Part shown: piece after piece, positions 36,401 through 47,138 of the stretch
Numbering within the stretch: the first letter of the stretch is position 1
How the letters are laid out: the number at the start of each line of letters is the position of its first letter
DNA from: Lepidodermella squamata
Lineage: Eukaryota; Animalia; Gastrotricha
DNA: 64,000 nt
Assembly: GCA_047495785.1 (NCBI GenBank)
Contig: JBLDXI010000019.1
Span: forward strand, 2,232,001 to 2,296,000
Direction: 5' to 3'
The notes under the pieces: generated by a model
Told to the model about the DNA's origin: nothing
Databases searched by the model: none
Seen by the model: the letters and a program-made list of their open reading frames with translations, nothing else
Translations under genes and position numbers: made by a program

Positions 36401-39370
36401 CAACTGATTTTATGTTAGAATTGATTGTTCTGTGAATTCGAAAACCAGTCTTTATCATTTCGATCATTGAATTTGTAGCACCGCCCGCGCAGTATCGCAA
36501 ATTTTCGAAAATGGCTTAAATTGTGTCGTCTCGGAAAAATCTTTGAACGTATTTGATTTCTCGCATAGAACCAGATGGAAGAAATTGATGGAAATATATG
36601 GGTTTTGGGGCTAGTCGATTTCTCGAGGGTAATTAATTGGCGTACCGAGAGGATACCCAGCTGGGGCTCCAGCGCTAAATTTCCCCAAATATAGGTTCTG
36701 AAATTCTGAAATGTTGATATTAATAATTTATTTTTAATTTCAGCGTCAAGCGATCCAACGACATTTTCAAGCGAGCTCTGTACGGCATGGTATGCCCAGA
36801 ACCCGACGATCAAGTCCTTCAATGGCTGGTCGACGACTCCGGGGGCGATTTCGAAGACTGGCTATACTACCTCATGACGTGGGCTAAATATTCCCGAGCC
36901 ACGAAACCAACAATTGCCACCGCAATTCAGCAATCAATGTCCTCCCAAGCTAATTCAGACCTCGAGGTTTTCGCGAAACGATCTGCTTTAGCTCCATTCT
37001 GGGCCCTTCTCTACACCGACCAATTTGAACTCGCGATTGATTCGTTACTTTCAAGCGCCTATGCGAGTCAATATCGATCGACAGCCCTTCATTTCGGGCT
37101 GTTGCTCTACATTTCTAACATGTTGTTGGTCCCGAACTCGACCGACGCGCCGCTTTTGTCGTGCCACGACCAGGCTTCCCCTGGCTCGTACCGCCTTAAT
37201 ATCGCTAGGCTGGTTGTTAACCACTTCGCAACGCAACAGAGTTCGATTTTCGACGACCATCGCCACCAAGTTCCTTTGACTAAGGTCTACTACCTTGCTA
37301 TGTTAGCTGATCTTCAAAACAGCGATGGCGAGGACTTCTTCTCGGCTTCCTTAGCTGAATTCGCCTCGTCAAACGCCGAAATTATCCCGCAGCTATTCGG
37401 CAGTGTTGACGAAAACGGTTCGACTAGTGAGGGCCTCCTTAATAAACTAGCAGTTGGCGTTGATTTGCTGAAAATCGTGCAATTAGTCGCGTGTAAACTC
37501 GAAACCCTCGGCGAACTTCAGTCCGCGGTTCGTTGCTACGAGTTGTCGAAAAATGTTGATAAAGTCCTGGAATTGGCTGGGCGAATTGCGGGCCGTTTCG
37601 CTACTGCTAAGCCGAGTAAAGAACGGCTGGCAGTTTATCATTTTTTGGCCGGTATCGGCAAACGGTTCCGCGTTCAGGGCGTCGAGCATTCGGCTGATGG
37701 GTCTCTGTGGCGGTCTTTTTACATGCTGCTCGATATTTTCAACCTTTTCGACATTTTGCATCAGGTAATTTTTGGATTTTCACGTTATTTTTGTCCATGT
37801 CACAAAACTGATGAGTAATGAGTCATAAATATAAGTTTTGAATCGAAATTAAACGATGAATTCTCACGTTTAGTCGAAGTTAGCGTGGTTGTTGTCCGTG
37901 GCCGATATTGTCGACTAGAGCTGACAGGGGCGTATCCAGGCGGTTGTTTTGGTTGTTAAACAACTACCAAAACGAATATTGAAAAACTCCTCTCAACAAC
38001 AATTCCTTCAGATGCGGTTCAAATCATGCAAAAATAAATACAAAATACGAATTTTTCTGCTCGCTACACTTGCACGAACTACCTATTCTGATTCGCTGTA
38101 AGCGTCTGTGAGGTCACACTTCGACTTTGCATTTCATGGTTGGTTTCACACCACAGCTTTAACCCAAAATGGCTAAACATAAATCGCGAGACACAGGGTT
38201 TTAAATTTTTCTGTAAATGTTGCGTGCGAACGGCCACTTGTATTGGCACCTGTTTGTTTCTCGACCTTGCCCGAGTGCGGATTTAAAAACGAAGTTGCCG
38301 TAGCGCTCCGTTATGAGCTTGTTTCCGACGCTGCGGATGTTCTTGTCGGACAATTTTTCATTTTCGCTCTCAATAAGTTTCGTCACTCGGCTTGGAGAGC
38401 CTTGTTGACAGCCATCTTGTGGGGCGTCCGATATCTCACGGCGATGACGTAGTTCTGCGCCAGAACCTCTAGAATGTAGTGCTCATCGGCCGGGGCCAGC
38501 GTGACATGAATTTGTCGCAAGATGACCTGACCGTTTGCAGCTTGCTTGGATGGCCCAAACCGCTGGCAGACCGCAGGCCGGGATCGCTCTTTCGATCTTC
38601 GTAATCAGATCGAATTCGCAATCGTTGCGGGATACCGGGATGTTGGAGACGAGGATTTAGGCTCTGAAAAGGTGGTTTTCTACTCGGCAGAGCCGGCGGG
38701 CTTGGCCGTTCGAGACCATCGTCAGCCTCTAAACCTAGGATTCGAGACAAATCACTCGATTTATTAAGTCTTCCATTGATTTCGGTTTTTTAAATGATAA
38801 TTTTCCCGATATATTCCGGCTTTAGCGTTCGGGATTTTATTCGGCCCTAATTTGAGATGTTAACGTCAGGTTCAAATGAACTGAAGATGAATATTTGATA
38901 AATTAATTTTTTAAGCTGGCTTTTTTTAATTATTTTCACCTGTTTTCATGTTTGACTCTTGATTCATGCTTTCTTGTTTATTTGATCAGGCGCAGTCACA
39001 ATCCGACCATGTTAAATTTGTGGATACGACACGCGAGTTAGGGCTCATCCCATCCAGCCCAGACCGCGTCGAGGCGTGTTTTACCAACCTCGATCAGTTG
39101 AGCTCCGATGTTCACTCTGTGCTCCCCGCTGTCTATCTCGCCGTAGTCACGAGCCTCGGCGAAATTTCCCGCTCAATCCAAACCCACCATCTAGTCGTTC
39201 AATCACCCGGTGGCATAGCCGCGACTACAACTGCTCATCTCCAGGCTGATACGAAGAGTAAATTGGCGCGAGAAGCTCATGCTGTTGCGAAACTGGTGTC
39301 TTACCTGCACTACCGGTTGCCGAGTGAAACTTCAATGCGGATCAACTCGGCCTTGGTTGCTTTCATTTGA
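33406..39370 (+). CDS. NUP93: Nucleoporin Nup93/Nic96 (divergent; 5 exons)
   Basis: PIARNLRQM..AG.RL, DIKGWV..N, GQPVWCYAYYCMRCGD..AA, FEDWL, LLYTDQFELAI, ALHFGLLL; exons join by GT-AG introns across three ~1 kb introns. Confidence 0.8.
38201..38776 (-). mobile_element. Decayed ORF, possibly non-LTR retrotransposon ORF1-like, in the last NUP93 intron
   Basis: Broken frame MEDLINRVICLES*...RLCRVENHLFRA*ILVSNIP: coiled coil followed by a 'NI.I.GIP'-like strand; several stops and shifts. Confidence 0.3.
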
Positions 39371-39534
39371 AAAAACGCATAATTTTTCTCGTTTTCTTTA
39401 GCTGTAATTATAACAATATCGGTTTCTTAGCAATTTAAAACATCGCCATTCGTCACAAACCATCTTTCGATATGAATCAATGAAAATTGGTGCACATTTT
39501 TCCTGAATTTTATAGATTTTAAAAAATTTGAAAA

Positions 39535-39844
39535 ATGGGTCGTAAAGATTCGAATGGAGCAAAACTGGACGTTGACCAACGTCGCCGTAAAATGGGTAAA
39601 TTTTCGAAGTTATATTTCAAACTAATTTCACCCAAATTTATTTATTTATTAAGGTGAACACGATGTTTTCAGACATAAGCAAGTGATTCACAATCAGCGC
39701 GATAACGTTGACGAAAAACGGTCGCCCACCCGTGTCCGCGATTTGTTCATCATGTGCTTCCTGGTTTTCATTATTCTGCTCGGCATCTACCTCGGCTTGG
39801 CAGTTTACGCCCAGAAGAAGAACGAAGAAATGGCTAAAAAGTGA
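39535..39844 (+). CDS. TRIQK: TRIQK-like small single-TM protein (2 exons; absent from the ORF track)
   Basis: MGRKDSNGAKLDVDQRRRKMG|EHD... resembles the TRIQK N-terminus MGRKD....KLPVDQYRKQIG; C-terminal TM LFIMCFLVFIILLGIYLGLAVYA; intron 39596..39653. Confidence 0.8.
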
Positions 39845-40222
39845 TTAAATGTGTCTAAATTGTTGGCAAATTAGACCAAACAAAAGACTTTGAAAAGACC
39901 TGATTTTTCCTGATTTTTCACTCACTGCTTTGCTTGCCGGGCTGCTAAAAACCCTGGATACATTTTTTCCTTTCATTTAGTGATTCTTATCGTGCAATGA
40001 ATTTGGTATATTGCGCGAGTTGTTAATCGGCTTTCAAAAAGCATAATAGTAATAATATATACATATAAAGTGACGATTATATGCATTCCTTTAATTGTTA
40101 TATCGTTGATCACTGCGCGTGTTTTGAGCTCACTCCTGCTGATTTCTTCTTTTCTTTCAGTTTCATAAAATTATTTTGGTTTCGGTAAACAATTTATTTT
40201 GATTTATTTTAGAAATTAAAAA

Positions 40223-41437
40223 ATGTATTTTTTGGGGAGAACGTTGATAAATCGATTTCAATTGCCGAAATTTGTTCAAGTTTCGAAATTGATCGCCCAG
40301 CAGAAACCACAACAAATTCGACTTCAAATCAAGCAATTATGCACGAAAGCTGCGCCGGAAATTGCGTATACAGTTCCGCTACCTAAAAACCACAAATTGA
40401 TAGGCTATTGGCTGTTATCAACTGCTGGTTTGATTTCCGGGGCCGTTCTACTCGGCGGTGTGACCCGTCTTACCGAATCTGGACTGTCAATGGTTGAATG
40501 GAATTTGATCCGCGACATGAGGCCGCCTCAAAGCGAGGAAGAATGGCAGCGTGAGTTCGAAAAATACCAGCAATTTCCGGAATATAAACACAAATCTGAC
40601 GTTGATAAAATGACCATCGAGCAGTTCAAACGCATTTATTACTACGAATTCACCCATCGATTGTACGGCCGTTTCGTCGGCTGTTGGTTCCTACTACCAG
40701 CCGCGTTTTTCTGGGCCAGAGGCCACCTGACTAGCCACATGAAGAAACGAGTCGCAGTCCTAGGCGCTATGTTGATAGGCCAGGGGGCGATGGGGTGGTA
40801 CATGGTTAAATCGGGCCTGAAAGAGACTGAAAACGTGCCTAGGGTGTCGCCTTATCGCTTATCCGCCCACTTAGGTCTTGCCCTATTGCTATATTGCGGT
40901 ACTCTATGGAGCGGTTTGAGTTTAGTTATGCCTCAAATTCGAATTCCGGACAGTGCTCGTTACGCGATGGTGAGGCGGGTGAGCCACCCGTTGCTCACCC
41001 TCATTTTCATCACAGCCATGTCCGGGGCGTTTGTCGCCGGGAATGACGCTGGTCTACACTATAACTCGTGGCCGAAAATGGCCGATCGTTGGATTCCGTC
41101 AGATCTCGTTACGATGGAGCCGTTTTGGCGCAATATTTTCGAAAACCCGACCATGGTTCAGTTCAACCATCGCCACATGGGTGAAGTCACGTTTTTCGCG
41201 ATTCTAGGCATGTATATGTACGCGAGGCGTGTGCCTGGCCTGCATTCGCGGGCAAAACTTGCGTTGAATTGCTTGATGGCGATGGCGTGCGTTCAGGTCG
41301 GTCTCGGCATTTCGACGTTGCTGACTTACGTTCCGGTTCATTTGGCGGCGTCGCATCAAAGCGGATCGGTTGCGCTGCTATCGTGCGCCTTATGGTTTGC
41401 CCACGAAATTCGTAGGTGGAAAGTACCTGTGAAATAA
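40223..41437 (+). CDS. COX15: Heme A synthase COX15 (intronless)
   Basis: LGGVTRLTESGLSMVEW, EFEKYQQFPEY, EFTHR..GR, GWYMVKSGL, PRVSPYRLSAHL, SGAFVAGNDAG..YNSWPKM, QFNHR, LAASHQSG. Confidence 0.97.
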   Translation: MYFLGRTLINRFQLPKFVQVSKLIAQQKPQQIRLQIKQLCTKAAPEIAYTVPLPKNHKLIGYWLLSTAGLISGAVLLGGVTRLTESGLSMVEWNLIRDMRPPQSEEEWQREFEKYQQFPEYKHKSDVDKMTIEQFKRIYYYEFTHRLYGRFVGCWFLLPAAFFWARGHLTSHMKKRVAVLGAMLIGQGAMGWYMVKSGLKETENVPRVSPYRLSAHLGLALLLYCGTLWSGLSLVMPQIRIPDSARYAMVRRVSHPLLTLIFITAMSGAFVAGNDAGLHYNSWPKMADRWIPSDLVTMEPFWRNIFENPTMVQFNHRHMGEVTFFAILGMYMYARRVPGLHSRAKLALNCLMAMACVQVGLGISTLLTYVPVHLAASHQSGSVALLSCALWFAHEIRRWKVPVK

Positions 41438-41778
41438 CCGGGAAAATATAGCAATCATAATATTTCTTATCTGAGAACAAAATAGTTGACATCAGAATGA
41501 TGCATCATGGTCTTTGTAACGCAAATTTGAAGTACGCCCCTACCTCTGATGACGTGCTAAAAAATCGATAAAATACAGAATAAAATAGTAAAAGATCCAT
41601 TGATGCCGCATCATCGTCTTGTGTCTCCCGAAATTCTCACAATAATTTTTCTTATAAGTGAAAATATGACACAATCTCTCCTAAACTGTGCATATTTTTC
41701 TCATTTTTTCTCCTTCACTAAGGGGGACAACTCGTGACAGGGCGTGATACTATTCGGCTCTATACAGTTTGGGATGTA

Positions 41779-42139
41779 CTGCGTGTCCCAGAAGTTGCGC
41801 ATCTATTTTTCAATTTGCCAACTTCTTGTAAGAAATTTAACCAATTTTTTAAATTAAATATTCCATCTTTTATCCACGATTTACGCGAGTAATAACAAAT
41901 TTACCGGAGAAAACCCAGAAAAGCCCGATGGTAACTGGTTCGGTAATTTTCGATATTTTACCCAGTTGGACCAAATTTCTCTGGATATTTTTTATCCCAT
42001 TGAAATGAACATACTTGATTGCGATTCGTGCGATAATTTGAATTTTCTAGCCACGAGGCGTCACTTCGTATATCATTTTAGAGTTTTTGAACCCTTTTCT
42101 GTGTATTTTCTTTGCTAACGTTACTTATGGGACACGCTG
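41779..42139. mobile_element. Tc1/mariner-type MITE
   Basis: TA|CTGCGTGTCCCAGAAGT ... ACTTATGGGACACGCTG|TA inverted ends; a related solo end lies near 21841-21857. Confidence 0.7.
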
Positions 42140-43382
42140 TATTATTTCCAGGATTATCAAGACTTGGTGCTATATTTCTTGCCGATTTCTAAATCAATAA
42201 CATACTATTTTTAATTCTCTGTGGTCAGCAGTAAATTTCTGGCAAAAATTTAGCTGCCATAAATCATCCAAAAACATCTGCGCTAATTCCGGTAACTCCT
42301 TCACGCTACTCCTCTGATCCTATTTTGATCAACGAAATACACAGATTTTTTGGACACCCTCTTGCTTTTGAGTGCCACAATTTTCTATTATTTTCTTAGA
42401 ATGGTTTCTCAAAATATTTAATCAAAATTTATTTAAAATGAGTAAACAGAGGGGGGGTGTGATCGAAGCAAAAAATTTTATTATTCGTCTGAATTTATTA
42501 TAATTTACCCGAAATTTTATTAAATATTCGCTGTTTTCGGCCACAATTAATTTGAAAATTTACTTTGGGGCACATTTTGAATAAAAACCGAGCGAAATCA
42601 AATTGATTCTCTTGCTTTTCGCCAGATGACCTCATTCTTGACATTATTCTAATGAATTTAGCTAAAAATAGCTTGAAAACGACGAAAAATACCATAAATC
42701 AAATAAAATCTATGTCTTGCTCGAAGCAGGACTTAGATTTTATTAAAATATGCCCGTTTATCGCAAAATAAATCAAGTTTTTAGCTGAAATCTCTTGCGC
42801 AACAATGAAAATGCTGATTCATCGCGTATTCAGGGACTCGTTTTCGGCAGCACTGATGAGGACAGCATGTTTTGTCACTGTGAGGTACATGGACGCGAAT
42901 TTTGTTGCTTCTACAAGTGGCGCAATTTTTGGCCATATTTTAGTATTTTCGTACCCCGAAACACGCTTGCCTCAAACCCTAACCACGACCCTAACCTAAA
43001 ACTGACCATAAAATCAGGGCCTCATCATCGCGAAATCGCGTACATATCAGATTTATCGGCAGCCATTCTGCATTTAATATCAGGAATTATTCATGAATTT
43101 CCATATGAATAATCGAAATACATAGCTGTTTAGGTTGATTGCCCGCTGCCAATTTTCAAATCAGGCAAATTTCTGGAAAATTATGATGTTGGTGTTAGCC
43201 ATGTGCTTGCATTATTCTCCCTTCTTTCAACCCTCACGAATCAAAAGTTCAAAATATATCGAAGCTGAAGCTTTTCACGTATCATCCGGGCTGTAATATT
43301 GGTTTGAGTTAGTCAGAAGGTTTTGAATAGTTAATGGGACTCCATGTTAGATTGCGTGGCCAGTTAACTTTCTTAACTAAGA

Positions 43383-43425
43383 TCTCAGATGAGTCTCTTG
43401 GCCGAGACGAAACGTATACGTCAGA
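43383..43425 (+). ncRNA. Minimal type I hammerhead ribozyme motif with a core mutation (CAGAUGA)
   Basis: TCT-CAGATGA-GTCTC(ttggcc)GAGAC-GAA-ACG(tata)CGT-C-AGA. Confidence 0.6.
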
Positions 43426-43760
43426 CTAGCCATATTGATTTATACTGTCAACAATATAAAGAGAGCCTGTATTAAACTGAGAGAATTAACGGTGCAACAC
43501 TTTCGGGTCTGACTAGTCCCGTTAGAAATAATCTCATTCCAAGAAAATCCGCTTCAGGCTGCATTAGCCAAATTTCACCGTAATTGTACGAAATAAGAGT
43601 TCAATTTGGATGTTCTCGTTTTGCCCATGTTGTAAGCAGGCGCAGACAAATCAGAGTGCGATAAAAGCCACAAAAAGCTTGAAAATCCGAATTACTGTGC
43701 ATGTGCTGACGAGACAATGTTATGCAACAATTGTCGCCATTGTTGCGAAACAAGGAAATG

Positions 43761-44703
43761 GGTGCGTTCCCATCTCCCCGAAATATTTTCCCCGAAAACG
43801 GATTAGCCGAAATAATTTCCCCGAAATTGCTGTGTGACCGAAAACACGTTTCCCCGAAAAGCAAGTTTCCCCGAAAACGCGCCTGAGCAAGCCAAAAACT
43901 CACTTCTTTGTGCAAAATGAACAAACAGGTTACACTTGGCCCGTGTTTACATTAATTTTCGATAAATGTTATTTACCCTGTTATTAGCTCAAATGATGGG
44001 TCCAAAGGTCACCCGCAAAACATGCGTCAAGTTAAAGCCTGTTTTGCGGAATTTCTAGAAAATCAAGGTGAGCTCAAAAATTAATGAAAAAATACAGGTA
44101 GCCGTGTGATACAAATATAGCATTCGTTTCAAAAATATAGATCGAGTAGATGTGCTCATGCAATATTTGTCTGATATAGCACGAGTAAAGAGTCTATATC
44201 TGAACGGAGCCGGCCGAGATTTACGAATCGGAATAAAAGTGAAAGAAATTTTTGAAAAAGATTAAAAATCAAGCTGCTGCGCATTTCTTCTTCAAAAACT
44301 TCAGTCAAAAACTTGCATAGTATCAAATCGTCGTTGGTGCGGCTAAAAGTCCTAAGTCCAAAACAATTTATTTCGAGATAAATCGAAAAAACAGCTTTAT
44401 TTCCAAAATTTTCAGTAAAAAATGTCAATGATGTCAAAAATAGGGGTAATCAAACCCGGCGGATCGAATGGCGCCGGCCATTTTTACCGGTGATGCACCG
44501 TTATTGCAAAATAAGGACATTCGCTGCAGATAGGACTTTTTGGTGGATTTTTTCATATTTTGTTCGTGTTTTTTTAAGGTTGAGTCCTTGCGAAAGCATT
44601 CATTTTTGGCGAAAGCAAACTGTTTCGGGTTAACTCTTTTCGGGGAAAATATTTCAGCTAATCCGTTTTCGGGGAAATTTTTTCGGGGGCACGGGAATAA
44701 ATC
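43761..44703. mobile_element. Non-autonomous TIR/foldback element (MULE-like) with 8-bp TSD, nested in the outer element
   Basis: Long imperfect TIRs built of TTTCCCCGAAA subrepeats; identical flanking AGGAAATG at 43753-60 and 44704-11. Confidence 0.8.
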
Positions 44704-45016
44704 AGGAAATGCATGAATTTATTTATATAAAGTCATTTTCACCCGAAAACCCAATTTTATTTACTTTGATCACACTTTCGAAAATGTGAAATCAATTAAA
44801 AAATATCAGGTTAAACTAAAATGTACACATTTGCTTCGATCACATCCCCAAGGATCACTTTTTCGCAAAATTTCCTTGGAATAAATTGGTATAAATTAGT
44901 GGACCCCCACCTATTACCTAGTCCATGTTGACTGACTTGGATTGAGATTTCTCCAAATTTTTCATTTTTCAAGTTTCAATTTTTCATTCCTTTAGTGATT
45001 TACTTTTGACTAATGT

Positions 45017-45409
45017 ATGACTCAAGTCGATTCGCGCGTGCCAACTGACGAGTTGATAACCGAGGACGAATTTCGCTTCATCCACCAGCGATACGCCGAT
45101 ACCGCCTACCTGCAACACTTCCTCGCGCCCAGCAAACGCAGCGTCGACTCACCGTCATCGCTCAACTCCTACGACCGGGAAGTGCAACAAGTCTACCGAA
45201 CCCCGGACCACTTGATCAAGCAAAACGAAAATCTGAATTCATCCACCTTAAAACGCGCGGATAATAACACGTTGGTTGTGCACCCAGGTGGTAATTGCTG
45301 CTCACCGCCTCGACCACCTGTTGATTCTACGCTGCCGAATAATTCGTCTCCTCGAGTCAATTCAGCCCGGCAAAATCCCCCTGTTTCAAAGGCCTGTTCG
45401 TTGATGTGA
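45017..45409 (+). CDS. 130-aa orphan protein ending in a CaaX prenylation motif (CSLM)
   Basis: Open frame preceded by a pyrimidine-rich TTTAG acceptor; C-terminus SKACSLM*. Confidence 0.55.
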   Translation: MTQVDSRVPTDELITEDEFRFIHQRYADTAYLQHFLAPSKRSVDSPSSLNSYDREVQQVYRTPDHLIKQNENLNSSTLKRADNNTLVVHPGGNCCSPPRPPVDSTLPNNSSPRVNSARQNPPVSKACSLM

Positions 45410-45413
45410 AAAA

Positions 45414-46504
45414 ATGGAAAATTTAAGTGATGAAATTGCCGAAAAATTAGCCTCAGCCCTAGTCGTGAATAAGGCTGATATTTCCGATGACGATGTTTCG
45501 CTGAGTGATCAATTTCAAGTTTTTGATCGTTCTAAAGAGCCGATAGCGAACAGGTGGTACATTCTACCAGTCTCGGGCCACACACCCCTCGCCCGGGTCG
45601 GCCATGCCGCAGTTTTTCTAGCCCCGAAAACGGTCGTCTCAGTCGGCGGCGCCAATCCAGACGGCACTTTTTCAGAGATTAACGTGTTGGATTTGGACAC
45701 TTTAAGGTGGGAGCTGATGATCCCGCCTGGGTTCAGGCCCCGCTATGAACACCTTGCATTCACCTCGCACTCGGATCCGGATAAAATCTACGTATTCGGC
45801 GGGGCGGATATGGTTGAGAATATGAATGACATTCAGGTGGTTGAAATTAGCCAAAAATCTGCAGTCACCGTGCAGGATATCAAGGGCACGCCGCCGGCGC
45901 CTAGGACCTACCGGGCGCAGTCCGCCTTGAATGACAAAATGTACGTATTCAGCGGCGGGAAGCAAGCGGCTGACCCCATTTCGGACAAGCAAATTCGTGT
46001 TTTCGACTTGCCATCGAAAACTTGGTCGACAATAGACGCGAAGGGCCAGGCGCCTAAATCGCGCCAGGGTCACTCGTGCGTGGCTTTGAGTCACGAAAAT
46101 CGAAATTATCTAATCATCCACGCCGGCATGGCTGGTAGTTCCATTTACGACGACCTACACATTCTTGATCTGGACTCAAATAATTGGTCTGGCGAGGTTA
46201 AATTCAGCAAATCCAAGCCGAGACCCAGTGCTAGGGCCGGTCATGTTGCCCTGCCGTATAAAGACGGGAAAATGGTGATTTTCGGCGGGTTAGGCCGCGA
46301 TAACGTTGTTTCAAATGATTTGTGGTTATTTGGCGTCGGCGATAAATCGTGGCGGGAAATCAAGGCGGAAGCGATTCTGCGGCTTGTATAATCACAGGGC
46401 TAAATAACTCGAAATTTGGCGATTATCTGCTGATAACAGGTGGCATGAATACGGAGGGCGATGTTTTCAGCGATTGTTTCTTATTCCGGCTCGACATGGC
46501 TTGA
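45414..46504 (+). CDS. RABEPK: Rab9 effector with kelch motifs; last blade frameshifted
   Basis: WY.L..SG..P.ARVGH, VGGANP, PRYEH, VFGGA, VFSGG...ADPISD. The main frame stops at 46391, but DSAACII...YLLITGGMNTEGDVFSDC continues in the -1 frame to TGA 46504. Confidence 0.85.
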
Positions 46505-47138
46505 TTTTGCGGCTCAGTTTTTTCTATTGTTTAGTCATCTTGCCAATATTAATTGTGATAAAAACACGTGGTTTTCTGCGCACAGTCTTGTGATAAAATC
46601 AAGAGAAAATATTGATATACTACAAATATCGGCTCTTAAGCCTTGATATACCCAATCAACTCTTTTTGCGTTTCTCGTTTATGATTGTTATGGACACTCG
46701 TATAATCCTCGAATACATTTTTGGCTGAGAAGAATTGAATAAAATCGCTTTTTGTATTTTGCTGACTATTTTCGTGGGTAAATTCTTGCACTGATTTTTA
46801 GCTGCAAATGTTTTTTACTGCGATGCTGGTTCCTGATGTCACGTGAGTTTTCGACCGAATCAATACAAGAGCGTGATAAAGAATTATTTACCAAACCTAT
46901 TGAGACTCGTCGAAGAAAAAACGCCGAAGAAAATATATGAGTGATGAGAGACATACCTATATCAGATTTCAGCTACAGTTAATTGGCTCAGACAAATTAT
47001 TGTTTAGCCCCTTTATAGAGATATCGCCTTATTTTATTCGAATTTTGCTGGTACCGTTAACTGGGATGACTTTCGCGTTTGGGGGTCACTTTGCCATGCT
47101 AAAATGGGGTGGCTTCGGCATAATAACCTAATAGGCGA

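Larger units (their letters stand above)
42453..44849. mobile_element. Non-autonomous TIR element (outer, ~2.4 kb)
   Basis: GGGGGTGTGATCGAAGCAAA (42453) and TTTGCTTCGATCACATCCCC (to 44849) form a 19/20 inverted match; TSD not evident. Confidence 0.6.

Noticed and set aside
37925-37940. CAGGGGCGTATCCAG, a hAT-like terminus
   Set aside because: No matching opposite end or TSD found.
46354-46360. GGGAAAT as a programmed -1 frameshift site in RABEPK
   Set aside because: The heptamer is not in the X_XXY_YYZ phase of the ORF, and shifting there would not restore the missing PxxRL residues.
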